The position numbers and the translations under genes were made by a program. Under the pieces are notes generated by a model. That model was not told the DNA's origin and ran no database searches. It saw only the letters and a program-made list of their open reading frames with translations. Shown one piece after another: positions 54,277 to 63,996 of a DNA stretch of 64,000 nt. Origin of the DNA: an uncultured Desulfobulbaceae bacterium (GTDB lineage: Bacteria; Desulfobacterota; Desulfobulbia; Desulfobulbales; BM004); contig CAMYKS010000010.1 in NCBI GenBank assembly GCA_947259115.1, positions 41,236-105,235 of the forward strand, given 5' to 3'. How positions within the stretch are numbered: the stretch's first letter is position 1; every line of letters starts with the position of its first letter.

Positions 54277-54662
54277 AATTATTTCCCTTTGTTGCAGGAA
54301 CGTGACAGCCTCTTTTTCTCGAACAGAAGCAAATGCTTTGCCGGTTCCAGAGGTAAATAATTCCTGTTAGTCAATGATTTTTTCTCCTTGAAATGGTAGA
54401 TAATTACAACCTTTTTGGCAGGGAGAAAAGAAAAAACTCGTATTAAGCTTATTTGTCATGTAGATTTGTATAAAAATTTTATGCAGTTAACCCCCTTAAT
54501 AAAAAAATATTACTTTTAAAATATGCGCAGATAGCTCCAAAACAACAGGTATCTGTGCCTGGGCCTGACAGCATCTGTGAAGTCCTTGTTTCGGAATGGT
54601 TTACAGGTATTATGTAGTAAGCCTTAAAATAATTTTGATCATCTTAAAATATTAGGAAAAAT

Positions 54663-56513
54663 ATGTGCGGCATAGTTGGGTATATCGGCAGTAGAAAAGT
54701 TGTCCCAATCCTTCTGGAAGGATTAAAACGTCTTGAATACAGGGGATATGATTCGGCTGGCGTAGTCTATCTGCAGGACAGCAAATTGATAAAGCACCGG
54801 GCCCAGGGCAAGCTTGGAAACCTGGAAAAAATTGTTGAAGAGGTGTTGGGTGTTGAAAGTCATGTTGGCCTGGGACATACCCGCTGGGCCACCCATGGGG
54901 CGCCAACCACTGCAAACGCCCATCCCCATGGTGACTGTAAAGATGACCTGGTAATCGTGCATAACGGCATCATAGAAAACTACCAGTCATTAAGAACGGA
55001 ACTCACAAAAAAGGGGCACATTTTCCGCTCAGAGACCGATACCGAGGTCCTGGCTCATCTTATTGAGGAGCATCTTGGCAAGGACCTGGTTAAGGCTGTG
55101 AGAAAGGCGCTGAAAAAAGTCAAAGGCTCTTACGCAGTGGGTGTACTTTGGAGAGGCCAACCGGATATCATAGTCGCTGCCAGAAATCACAGTCCCCTTG
55201 TACTTGGTATCAACAACAGCGAGGGCACCCTTTTGGCTTCAGACGTTCCCGCACTTCTACCTTATACCAGAGAGGTTGTTTTTCTTGAGGATAAAGAAAT
55301 TGCTGTTCTCTCTGCAGACAGTTGGGAGGTAAGAAATCTCGATAGCGGCCGCAAAATAAATAAGCAGGTGCAAACAATTACCTGGAATGCAGGTATGGCT
55401 GAAAAAACCGGCTTCAAGCATTTCATGCTCAAGGAAATATACGAGCAGCCCCAGGCTTTGATCAACACGTTACGCGGCAGGATTGATCCCCAAAGCGGCC
55501 GCGTAGAATTGCCGGAAATTACATTGACTGACAAAGAAATCAAGGGCCTTGAGCGCATCACTCTTGTTGCCTGCGGCACATCATGGCATGCAGCCCTGGT
55601 GGCCAAGTATTGGTTTGAGGAGTGGGTCGGCATACCGGTCGAGGTTGATATTGCTTCCGAGTTCCGCTACCGCAAGCTTCTCTTAAACAAAAAAGTCCTC
55701 ACCCTGTCTATTTCACAATCTGGTGAAACGGCGGACACCCTGGCAGGGATACGACTGGCTGCTCAACTCGGCTCAAAGGTTGTCACCATTTGTAACGTTG
55801 TGGGAAGTACCATGACCAGGGAGGCTGATGCCACACTCTATACCCATGCCGGCCCTGAGATCGGGGTAGCCTCAACCAAGGCTTTCACGAGCCAGCTGGC
55901 GGCACTGTTCCTGTTCGGGTCGTACCTGGCCCAGGTGAGAAAAACCCTGCCGTCAAATATGATAAAGAAGCTGGGCCATGCCATTATCGATCTTCCCGAC
56001 CTTCTGGAAGAAAACCTTCCCGAGCTGCAAAAAAAGATCAAAGATGTGGCGGAACGTTTTTATGACAGCCGCAATTTTCTCTTTGTCGGCAGGGGCCTGA
56101 ACTATCCCATTGCCCTGGAAGGCGCCCTGAAACTGAAGGAGATATCCTATATCCATGCCGAAGGTTATGCAGCCGGTGAACTGAAACACGGTCCCATTGC
56201 ACTCATTGATAAAGATATGCCCATCCTCGGCCTTGTTCCCAAGGATAAAGTCTACGAAAAAAGCATCTCCAATATTGAAGAGATCAAGGCTCGCCAGGGA
56301 CAGCTCATTCTGATCGGCTCCAAAGGCGACAGGCAATTGAAAAAAATTACCGATCATGTGTTGTATATGCCTAAAACCCCTACCATGATACCGGAACTGA
56401 ACCCCATTCTTTTTACCATTCCTGCCCAGCTTCTGGCCTATGAAATTGCCACCCTTCGCGGTTGTGATGTAGACCAGCCCCGGAACCTTGCCAAAAGCGT
56501 AACTGTCGAATAA
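54663..56513 (+). CDS. glmS: glutamine--fructose-6-phosphate aminotransferase
   Basis: 616 aa with MCGIVGYIG (Ntn Cys), SIS domains and a C-terminal ..LAKSVTVE. Confidence 0.97.
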   Translation: MCGIVGYIGSRKVVPILLEGLKRLEYRGYDSAGVVYLQDSKLIKHRAQGKLGNLEKIVEEVLGVESHVGLGHTRWATHGAPTTANAHPHGDCKDDLVIVHNGIIENYQSLRTELTKKGHIFRSETDTEVLAHLIEEHLGKDLVKAVRKALKKVKGSYAVGVLWRGQPDIIVAARNHSPLVLGINNSEGTLLASDVPALLPYTREVVFLEDKEIAVLSADSWEVRNLDSGRKINKQVQTITWNAGMAEKTGFKHFMLKEIYEQPQALINTLRGRIDPQSGRVELPEITLTDKEIKGLERITLVACGTSWHAALVAKYWFEEWVGIPVEVDIASEFRYRKLLLNKKVLTLSISQSGETADTLAGIRLAAQLGSKVVTICNVVGSTMTREADATLYTHAGPEIGVASTKAFTSQLAALFLFGSYLAQVRKTLPSNMIKKLGHAIIDLPDLLEENLPELQKKIKDVAERFYDSRNFLFVGRGLNYPIALEGALKLKEISYIHAEGYAAGELKHGPIALIDKDMPILGLVPKDKVYEKSISNIEEIKARQGQLILIGSKGDRQLKKITDHVLYMPKTPTMIPELNPILFTIPAQLLAYEIATLRGCDVDQPRNLAKSVTVE

Positions 56514-56522
56514 TAAAGAGAA

Positions 56523-56562
56523 GGATTCAAGGGGTCAAGGGATCAAGGGGTCGAGGGTAAAA
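56523..56562 (+). repeat. degenerate octamer tandem repeat (GGGGTCAA)x5, G-quadruplex-type motif
   Basis: GGATTCAA GGGGTCAA GGGATCAA GGGGTCGA GGGTAAAA, starting 10 nt after the glmS stop. Confidence 0.8.
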
Positions 56563-56863
56563 AACAAAAAAGAAAAAAACTCTTGGAGAGTTAAAGATTT
56601 ATCAGCATACAAAACTGCCGATTAAGAGAAATTGAAAATTTGATAATGAAAATTGAAGATTTTAAAAAGATAAATAAAAGCTCAGGGCTCAAGGCACAAG
56701 GGATTTACTTTTTTGCCCTGTGCCTTAAGCCGGATAATTTATTAATCTAATAATCCAAAAGCTGACTGCTGAACGCTGATAGCTAAAATAAACTTCAGCT
56801 CACTTGTAACTCGTAAATTGAAACTCTAGCTCACTTTAGGCACTTCAAACTTCAGAGACAATT

Positions 56864-58189
56864 ATGACTCCAGAATTGACTAAACTAAAAGACAAGATTG
56901 TGCAGAAAGAATATCTGTTGGGGATTATCGGCTTAGGGTATGTCGGCCTGCCTTTAAGTCTTACCTTTTTACGTAAGGATATTTCAGTCCTCGGCTTTGA
57001 CCTTGATGCAAAAAAAATTGACATGCTGCATGCCGGGGTCAGTTATATCAAGCATATTCCTTCCAATGAACTGACCAATTTTGTTCAGCAGCAGAAATTT
57101 TCTGCCACAGATGATTTCTCCCGACTCGATGAACCGGATGTGCTTTTAATCTGTGTTCCGACCCCATTGACCCGGAACAGGGAGCCGGATATGCAGTATA
57201 TTGAAAATACGGCCCATGCCATAGCCAAGGTCCTGCGACCCGGCCAGATGGTGATCCTCGAGTCAACCACCTATCCTGGGACCACTGTTGAACTATTGTT
57301 GCCAATCCTTGAAAATTCAGGCCTTGCGGCAGGTAAAGATTTTGCCCTCGCCTATTCACCGGAACGTGAGGACCCAGGCAATCCCAAGTTCAGTACGGCG
57401 GAGATCCCTAAAGTCGTTGGTGGAATCAATGCCGCATCAACCACTCTTGCAGCAGATTTTTATAAAACAGGTTTGCACTCGGTCGTAGATGTTTCCTCCA
57501 CCCAGACCGCGGAAATGTCCAAGCTCCTGGAAAACATCTTCCGCAGCGTCAATATAGCCCTGGTAAATGAATTGAAAATCCTCTGCCATCGCATGGGTAT
57601 TGATGTTTGGGAAGTGATCAGGGCTTCCAGCACAAAACCGTTCGGCTTTATGCCCTTTTATCCCGGCCCGGGGCTTGGCGGTCACTGTATACCCATTGAC
57701 CCATTCTACCTGACATCAAAGGCCCGGGAGTTCGATTTTCCCACCAAGTTCATTGAACTGGCGGGCGAAGTCAACACCGCCATGCCCTACTACGTAGTGC
57801 AGAGAATAATGGAAGCCCTGAACAACAGGAAAAAATCTATCAATGGCTCCCGGATTCTTCTGCTTGGCATGGCCTATAAAAAAGATGTTGATGACACGAG
57901 GGAGTCGCCGTCATACAAACTCATAGAACTTCTGCAGGAAAAAGGCGCTGAAGTGCTTTATAATGACCCGCATATTTCAGCGTTACAACCGATACGTAAA
58001 TACTCCTTCAGTCTCAAAAGTACTGATCTTACTGAAGAAACATTAGCATCCATGGACTGTATCCTGCTTGCAACCAATCATTCTGCCTATGACTACCAGT
58101 TCATCCTCAACCATGCCGACCTGATAGTTGACACCCGCAATGCTTTTAACGGGTTAGAGGGTGCTGCCGCTAAGGTAGTGCAGGCATAA
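56864..58189 (+). CDS. nucleotide-sugar dehydrogenase (UDP-N-acetyl-D-glucosamine/mannosamine 6-dehydrogenase family)
   Basis: 441 aa with an N-terminal Rossmann motif (IIGLGYVGLPLSL) and the catalytic region GGHCIPIDP. Confidence 0.8.
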   Translation: MTPELTKLKDKIVQKEYLLGIIGLGYVGLPLSLTFLRKDISVLGFDLDAKKIDMLHAGVSYIKHIPSNELTNFVQQQKFSATDDFSRLDEPDVLLICVPTPLTRNREPDMQYIENTAHAIAKVLRPGQMVILESTTYPGTTVELLLPILENSGLAAGKDFALAYSPEREDPGNPKFSTAEIPKVVGGINAASTTLAADFYKTGLHSVVDVSSTQTAEMSKLLENIFRSVNIALVNELKILCHRMGIDVWEVIRASSTKPFGFMPFYPGPGLGGHCIPIDPFYLTSKAREFDFPTKFIELAGEVNTAMPYYVVQRIMEALNNRKKSINGSRILLLGMAYKKDVDDTRESPSYKLIELLQEKGAEVLYNDPHISALQPIRKYSFSLKSTDLTEETLASMDCILLATNHSAYDYQFILNHADLIVDTRNAFNGLEGAAAKVVQA

Positions 58190-58230
58190 ACCGAATTATC
58201 CGGATTAAAGTAACCTGTAAAATATTTCAT

Positions 58231-59403
58231 ATGATCTCTCTGGGAATAGAAGAACTTATCCTGTCTCCGCCAAAATGGCTTGCTAAAGAGAGGCTTGGAC
58301 TCCTCTGCAACCAGGCTTCAACGGACAGCAAGCTCAAGCACAGCCGCGACTTGCTCCAGAAAATCATGCCGGACCGGCTGACCTGCCTTTTTTCACCCCA
58401 GCATGGTTTCTTTGCAGAAAAACAGGATAATATGATTGAGTCGAATCATGGACCTGATCCGAGCAGCGGCCTGCCGGTATACAGCCTTTACAGCAGGGCA
58501 AGACGGCCGACCAGGGAGATGTTCGATCTAATCGATGTGCTTGTCATCGACTTATTTGACGTGGGCACCAGGGTTTATACATTTCTCTACACCATGGCCT
58601 ATTGCCTTCAAGCTGCCGCAGAGTTTAACAAAAAGGTGCTTGTGCTTGACCGGCCAAATCCAGTTGGCGGGGAGTTGGTGGAAGGCAACATCATACAGCA
58701 GGACTGTTATTCCTTTGTCGGGCTCTATCCCATCCCCATGCGTCATGGTCTGACATTCGGCGAACTCGCCCTTCTGCTCAACAGCCACTTCAGCATTGGG
58801 GCTGACCTGGAAATACTCCCAATGCGCGGCTGGCAGCGCAACATGGTATACAGCGACACCGGGCTGCCCTGGGTGTTCCCCTCGCCGAACATGCCCTCCC
58901 CGGCTGCAGCCCTTGTTTACCCGGGGCAGGTGATCTGGGAAGGCACCAATATTTCAGAGGGCCGTGGTACCTGCCTGCCCTTTGAGCTTTTTGGTGCGCC
59001 TTTTTTTGAGCCTGATGAAATTCTGCACCAGGCTCAAAAAAATGCTCATATGCCGGGCTGCTTCCTGCGCCCCCTCATATTCGAACCCACATCCAACAAG
59101 TGGGCCGGGCAAACCTGTAAAGGGTTCCAGGTCCACATTACTGATCCGGCTGTTTTCCGGCCGTACCGCACCTCTTTGAGTCTGCTGCAGGCTGTCATGC
59201 GCCTGTACCCTGAAGCCTTTCAGTACAAGAAACCACCCTATGAATACGAGTATGAACGTCTGCCCATGGATCTGATCTTAGGTGACAAAAAAGTGCGCCG
59301 GGCCCTTGAAAATGGACAGAGCATCATGGAGCTGGAAAAATCATGGCAGGCTGACCTGGATGATTTTGGAAAATTGCGCCAGGAAGTGCTTCTTTACAAC
59401 TGA
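58231..59403 (+). CDS. DUF1343 / NamZ-like exo-beta-N-acetylmuramidase family protein
   Basis: 390 aa with the characteristic RLGLLCNQAS.., DLFDVGTRVYTF and VLDRPNP patterns. Confidence 0.65.
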   Translation: MISLGIEELILSPPKWLAKERLGLLCNQASTDSKLKHSRDLLQKIMPDRLTCLFSPQHGFFAEKQDNMIESNHGPDPSSGLPVYSLYSRARRPTREMFDLIDVLVIDLFDVGTRVYTFLYTMAYCLQAAAEFNKKVLVLDRPNPVGGELVEGNIIQQDCYSFVGLYPIPMRHGLTFGELALLLNSHFSIGADLEILPMRGWQRNMVYSDTGLPWVFPSPNMPSPAAALVYPGQVIWEGTNISEGRGTCLPFELFGAPFFEPDEILHQAQKNAHMPGCFLRPLIFEPTSNKWAGQTCKGFQVHITDPAVFRPYRTSLSLLQAVMRLYPEAFQYKKPPYEYEYERLPMDLILGDKKVRRALENGQSIMELEKSWQADLDDFGKLRQEVLLYN

Positions 59404-59485
59404 TCCCTTGAATTGCTCCACATAACAAGGTATTTTCTATCCTATACGCTGACAATTTATTAACTTCTTTTTCAAACATGTAGCG

Positions 59486-60544
59486 ATGGTTGCAAAAACA
59501 AAGACCCTTGCCGAGCTTTCCACAATGGTGGGTGGGGAACTCACCGGTGATCCCGATACAACAATAAACGGTTTAGCTGATCTGGCCCTGGCCGGCGAAG
59601 GTGATATATCCTTCCTGGTCAAGGAAACGGGGCTTGACAGACTGCAAAGCAGCAAGGCATCCGCCTTTATCGTTCCACAATCCCTTACGTATGATGACAA
59701 GCCCCTGATCAGGGTTGCAAATCCTTATCTGGCTGCTGCCCGCATCCAGAATTTTTTCCAGTATAAGCCGTTTCAGGCTAAAGGCATCAGCCCCATGGCC
59801 CATATCGGCAACAATTGTCATATTCCGACAGAAATATCAATCAGCCCCTTTGTTCATATCGGCGACCGGGTTACCTTGGGCAAGAGGGTGACGCTGCATC
59901 CCGGTGTTGTTATAGGCGATGATACTGTTATTGGCGACGATTGTCTGCTCTATGCCAATGTGACCGTATACCATGCCTGCATCATCGGCTCAGGGGTCAT
60001 CATCCACAGCGGTACGGTTATCGGCAGCGACGGCTACGGTTTTGCCACCGATGCTCAGGGCAACCATGTAAAATGGCCCCATATCGGCACGGTGCAGATT
60101 GACGATGATGTGGAGATTGGCGCCAACGTCACGGTTGACCGGGGAACCTTTGCCATGACCCATATCATGCGAGGCACCAAGGTGGATAATCTGGTGCAGA
60201 TCGGGCACAATGTGAAGATTGGTGAAAATTCACTTGTTGTTGCTCAGGTTGCCATTGGCGGCAGTGCTTCCCTGGGCAATAATGTTGTTTTAGGGGGACA
60301 GGTTGCCATCAAAGGTCATATAAACCTTGGCGACGGAGTCATGGTGGCTGCCAAATCCGGAGTGCATTCCAACCTGCCGAAGGGGGCCATTGTCTCCGGC
60401 ATACCGGCCATCCCTCACAAGGACTGGTTAAAAGCCAGCATCATCTTTACAAAACTGCCGAAACTCTACAGCGAACTGCGCGACTTGAAGAAAAAGATTG
60501 CAACCATGGATGAGAAACTTTTTCCGGCTAATGAACAGGAATAG
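59486..60544 (+). CDS. lpxD: UDP-3-O-acylglucosamine N-acyltransferase
   Basis: 352 aa with left-handed beta-helix hexapeptide repeats and an LpxD N-domain. It sits upstream of fabZ-lpxA. Confidence 0.9.
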   Translation: MVAKTKTLAELSTMVGGELTGDPDTTINGLADLALAGEGDISFLVKETGLDRLQSSKASAFIVPQSLTYDDKPLIRVANPYLAAARIQNFFQYKPFQAKGISPMAHIGNNCHIPTEISISPFVHIGDRVTLGKRVTLHPGVVIGDDTVIGDDCLLYANVTVYHACIIGSGVIIHSGTVIGSDGYGFATDAQGNHVKWPHIGTVQIDDDVEIGANVTVDRGTFAMTHIMRGTKVDNLVQIGHNVKIGENSLVVAQVAIGGSASLGNNVVLGGQVAIKGHINLGDGVMVAAKSGVHSNLPKGAIVSGIPAIPHKDWLKASIIFTKLPKLYSELRDLKKKIATMDEKLFPANEQE

Positions 60545-60579
60545 AGTTGTTAAAGAGAGAACAGGGAAGGAGAGAAAGA

Positions 60580-61026
60580 ATGGGAACTGATATTTCAACC
60601 TTGGATATAAAAGAAATTGTCCGGCTTCTGCCGCACCGTTATCCTTTTTTGCTGGTGGATAGGATTCTTGAGGGCGAGAAAGGAAAAAGCATGGTCGGTC
60701 TGAAAAATGTCTCCATGAATGAACCTTTCTTCCAGGGACATTTTCCTTCCGACCCCATTATGCCGGGGGTCCTCATCCTGGAGGGCATGGCCCAGGTTGG
60801 CGGCATCCTTGCCTTTTATTCACTGCCTGAAATGATTGGTGAAAAATTAATTTACTTTGCAGGCATTGACAAGGTCAGGTTCCGCCGCCCGGTTGTTCCC
60901 GGGGACCAACTCATTTTTGAAATGACCGTTATCAAGCACAAGGGAAAAATCTGGAAGATGAAAGGAAAAGCCATGGTGGACAACGAACTTGCTGCTGAAG
61001 CTGAATTTATGGCGGCATTTGTGTAA
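60580..61026 (+). CDS. fabZ: 3-hydroxyacyl-ACP dehydratase
   Basis: It carries [13 protein letters not shown] and [18 protein letters not shown] preferred the ATG at 60580, which has a GGAAGGAG SD, over the TTG at 60547. Confidence 0.93.
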   Translation: MGTDISTLDIKEIVRLLPHRYPFLLVDRILEGEKGKSMVGLKNVSMNEPFFQGHFPSDPIMPGVLILEGMAQVGGILAFYSLPEMIGEKLIYFAGIDKVRFRRPVVPGDQLIFEMTVIKHKGKIWKMKGKAMVDNELAAEAEFMAAFV

Positions 61027-61043
61027 ATGATTTTTCTCTACCC

Positions 61044-61208
61044 TATGAGTCTATCGGAGAATTATATTCGTAACGAAAAAATGAGGAATTGAGATAAAAT
61101 TTTCGGAAACTTGATGCGAATAGCAGCGCTATTTAGAGAAAATTCACGAAGATTTGAACCGATTCTCTCGCTTTTGCAGTAGATTGGGAATTCTCCGACA
61201 GGCTCATA
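61044..61208. repeat. 165-bp element bounded by 20-bp imperfect inverted repeats, between fabZ and lpxA
   Basis: TATGAGTCTATCGGAGAATT (61044..61063) pairs with AATTCTCCGACAGGCTCATA (61189..61208), with 18/20 positions complementary. Confidence 0.5.
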
Positions 61209-61225
61209 CACACACGTGATAAAAA

Positions 61226-62026
61226 ATGAATATACATCCTACAGCAATAGTTGATCCTGCGGCAGAACTGGACAGCTCAGTTATTCTCGGCCCCTATACT
61301 ATTATCGAAAAAGGGGTAAGGATCGGGCAGGATACCACTATCAAGCCGCATTCGGTTGTAAGCGGCCCCACAAGCATCGGCTCGGGAAATGTTATCGGAC
61401 CCTTTGCCACGGTTGGCGCCCCGCCCCAGGATTTGAAATACAAGGGAGAGGACACCGAACTAAATATCGGCGATAATAATCAGATCCGGGAGTACGTCTC
61501 CATCCATCGCGGCACTGTTACGGATAGGGGTGTCACAACCATAGGTTCCGATAATCTCCTCATGGGCTATGTACATATTGCCCATGACTGTATTGTCGGC
61601 AATTCTGCCATCCTGGCCAATGCAGTCACCCTGGCAGGACATGTTGAGATCGAGGACCATGCCATTATCGGGGGCCTTGTGGCCGTGCACCAATTTTCAA
61701 GAATTGGCGCCTATTCATATATCGGTGGCCTTTCCGGCATCAGCAAGGATGTCCCGCCTTTTGTCATAGTAAGCGGCATCCGTAAGCAGATGAGGGTCTC
61801 GGGCATCAACAAGGTCGGGCTGCGGCGCCACGGCTTTGATAAGGATACTCTTAAAAAACTTGACAAGGCCTATAGAATCATTTTCATGACCCCGGACTTA
61901 CTGCTGCAGGATGCCCTGCAGCAGGCAGCTGATGAAATTAGCGACTGCGAACCGGTGAACCAACTGATTAATTTCTTCCGCAACAGCAAACAGGGTGTGA
62001 TCAGGACGCTGGAATCCAGTGATTGA
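61226..62026 (+). CDS. lpxA: acyl-ACP--UDP-N-acetylglucosamine O-acyltransferase
   Basis: 266 aa with MNIHPTAIVDP and hexapeptide repeats, in the canonical position after fabZ. Confidence 0.93.
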   Translation: MNIHPTAIVDPAAELDSSVILGPYTIIEKGVRIGQDTTIKPHSVVSGPTSIGSGNVIGPFATVGAPPQDLKYKGEDTELNIGDNNQIREYVSIHRGTVTDRGVTTIGSDNLLMGYVHIAHDCIVGNSAILANAVTLAGHVEIEDHAIIGGLVAVHQFSRIGAYSYIGGLSGISKDVPPFVIVSGIRKQMRVSGINKVGLRRHGFDKDTLKKLDKAYRIIFMTPDLLLQDALQQAADEISDCEPVNQLINFFRNSKQGVIRTLESSD

Positions 62027-62082
62027 CAGCCTGGTGCCAGCCGACAAATCTCCTTCTGCACTATAAAAACAGCAGCCAGCCT

Positions 62083-62928
62083 ATGACTACCAATGCGACT
62101 GATAAAATCGGGATAATTGCCGGAGGCGGGCAGTTCCCCCTCCTGTTTGCCAAGGCTGTCCACAAACAGGGTCTTAAGGTTTATGCTGCAGCGCACCAGG
62201 GTGAAACAGACGAAACCCTGGCCGGCCATGTGGATGGGTTTCAATGGGTAAGACTTGGCCAACTTGGTAAGATCATAAATTTTTTCAAGGATGAAGGAGT
62301 AAGAAAATCCGTTTTTATCGGCTCCATAAACAAAACAAATATATATCGTGATGTCAGGCCTGATCTCAAGGGACTCGGACTCTGGAACAAAATAGATATC
62401 AGGCAGGACGACGCCATCCTGCGGGCAGTTGCCGACCGCCTGCAAAAGGACGGCATTGAGGTGGTTGCATCAACCGGCTATGTGCCTGAACTGCTTTTTC
62501 CCAAAGGAGTACTGACAAAAAAAAAGCCTTCAAAAGACCAGAAAAAAGATATTGCTTTCGGTTGGGAGGTTGCGCGCTCCATGGGAAGACTTGATATCGG
62601 GCAATGCGTGGTGGTGCGCAACGGCACAGTACTGGCAGTGGAAGCCATTGAAGGTACTGATGCTGCCATTCGCAGAGGCGGAAGTCTCGGCAAAGAGAAA
62701 GCCGTGATTGTTAAACTGCGAAAACCCAACCAGGACCTGCGTTTTGATCTGCCGGCGGTTGGAAAACAAACAATCACCTCCATGCTGGAGGTCAAGGCCT
62801 CAGTGCTTGCCGTTGAAACAGGATTTGCGCTGTTCTTTGACAGGGATGCCGTCATTGAGGCAGCCAATGCTGCAGGAATCGTTGTCGTGGGTGTTACAGA
62901 AGCCACTTCAGGTGAGCTGTTTTATTAA
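62083..62928 (+). CDS. lpxI: UDP-2,3-diacylglucosamine diphosphatase LpxI (DUF1009)
   Basis: It carries KIGIIAGGGQFPLLFAKAV and ..VVVRNGTVLAVEAIEGTDAAIRRGG.. I preferred the ATG at 62083; a TTG at 62023 overlapping the lpxA stop is also possible. Confidence 0.75.
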   Translation: MTTNATDKIGIIAGGGQFPLLFAKAVHKQGLKVYAAAHQGETDETLAGHVDGFQWVRLGQLGKIINFFKDEGVRKSVFIGSINKTNIYRDVRPDLKGLGLWNKIDIRQDDAILRAVADRLQKDGIEVVASTGYVPELLFPKGVLTKKKPSKDQKKDIAFGWEVARSMGRLDIGQCVVVRNGTVLAVEAIEGTDAAIRRGGSLGKEKAVIVKLRKPNQDLRFDLPAVGKQTITSMLEVKASVLAVETGFALFFDRDAVIEAANAAGIVVVGVTEATSGELFY

Positions 62929-63028
62929 TTACAAAGAACTGCATTCTCTTTCATACAATCCGCTTAAGCATGCAACGAGCTTTTTGAAACCTTAAAAAAA
63001 ACATGTAGCCCAGCGTGAACAATAAATC

Positions 63029-63931
63029 ATGAAAGCCATGATCCTGGCAGCCGGCTTGGGTACCAGGTTACTTCCCTATACTCTAAAGCGGCCCAAGCCT
63101 CTTTTCCCCATTCTCAACACGCCTCTACTGCACCTGACCATTGGCCGGATCAGGCAGGCAGGCGGGGCGGAAATTGTTGTTAATGCCCATCATCTCAGGC
63201 ATGAAATAAAAAAGGCCCTGCAGCATGAAGCAAACATTATCCTGCAGCAGGAGAAAAAAATTCTTGGCACCGGTGGGGGCCTGCGCATGGCCCTGCCCCA
63301 TTTCAGCAATGAACCGGTTCTTGTTGTAAATGGTGATATTTATCATTCAATCGACTACAGAGAGGTCTACCGCTTCCATATAGAATCTGAAGCAGACGTA
63401 ACCCTTGTGCTGCATGATTATCCACGCTTCAACGATGTTCTGGTGGATGAGACCTTTCATATCAGAGACTTCAACAGAACAAGCTGCAGCAGCCGGGAAA
63501 GAATACTTGCTTTTACAGGGATCCATGTAATAAATCCCGAGGTGCTGCAAGGTATTTCGCAGGATACAACCTATTGCATCATCGACTGCTACCGAAAGCT
63601 CTTGCAGCAGGGAGGCTCAATCAGGGCTTATCTTGCAACTGATCTTTTCTGGACAGACATGGGCACACCAAAAGACTATTTGCAACTGCATGCAGATTTA
63701 TTGGGTCAGAAGGTGCCCCTTTACGATGAACTTGGCGAGGCTGCTGCCGGGGCTCCCTTTGTTGGATCTCAAAACGCCTCTATCAACAGGGATGTAAAAC
63801 TACTGGACTGGGTTTGCCTGGGAAATGGAACAAAAATAGGCGCCGCTTCAACGCTGCAGAGGGTAGTCACCTGGGATGGTACGGTTATCCCTGCCGGCTC
63901 CTTTATTAAAGATGCAATAGTCACACCTTGA
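63029..63931 (+). CDS. sugar-phosphate nucleotidyltransferase (MurU/GlmU-N-like)
   Basis: 300 aa. The N-terminal MKAMILAAGLGTRLLPYTLKRPKPLFPI is the NTP_transferase signature. Confidence 0.7.
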   Translation: MKAMILAAGLGTRLLPYTLKRPKPLFPILNTPLLHLTIGRIRQAGGAEIVVNAHHLRHEIKKALQHEANIILQQEKKILGTGGGLRMALPHFSNEPVLVVNGDIYHSIDYREVYRFHIESEADVTLVLHDYPRFNDVLVDETFHIRDFNRTSCSSRERILAFTGIHVINPEVLQGISQDTTYCIIDCYRKLLQQGGSIRAYLATDLFWTDMGTPKDYLQLHADLLGQKVPLYDELGEAAAGAPFVGSQNASINRDVKLLDWVCLGNGTKIGAASTLQRVVTWDGTVIPAGSFIKDAIVTP

Positions 63932-63946
63932 AGGTATTTAAATACA

Positions 63947-63996
63947 GGGGCCAAGGGGCCAAGGGGCCAAGGGGCCAAGGGGCCAAGGGGCCAAGG
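63947..63996 (+). repeat. perfect octamer tandem repeat (GGGGCCAA)x6 plus a partial unit, canonical G-quadruplex motif
   Basis: There are six GGGG tracts separated by CCAA, starting 16 nt after the stop codon. The window ends 4 nt later. Confidence 0.9.

Noticed and set aside
54380-54662. A possible glmS ribozyme or other riboswitch in the 385-nt leader of glmS.
   Set aside because: I could not find the conserved glmS ribozyme core. The region is AT-rich with only a 6-bp hairpin, and the ribozyme is mainly a Firmicutes feature. A covariance-model scan would be needed to settle it.
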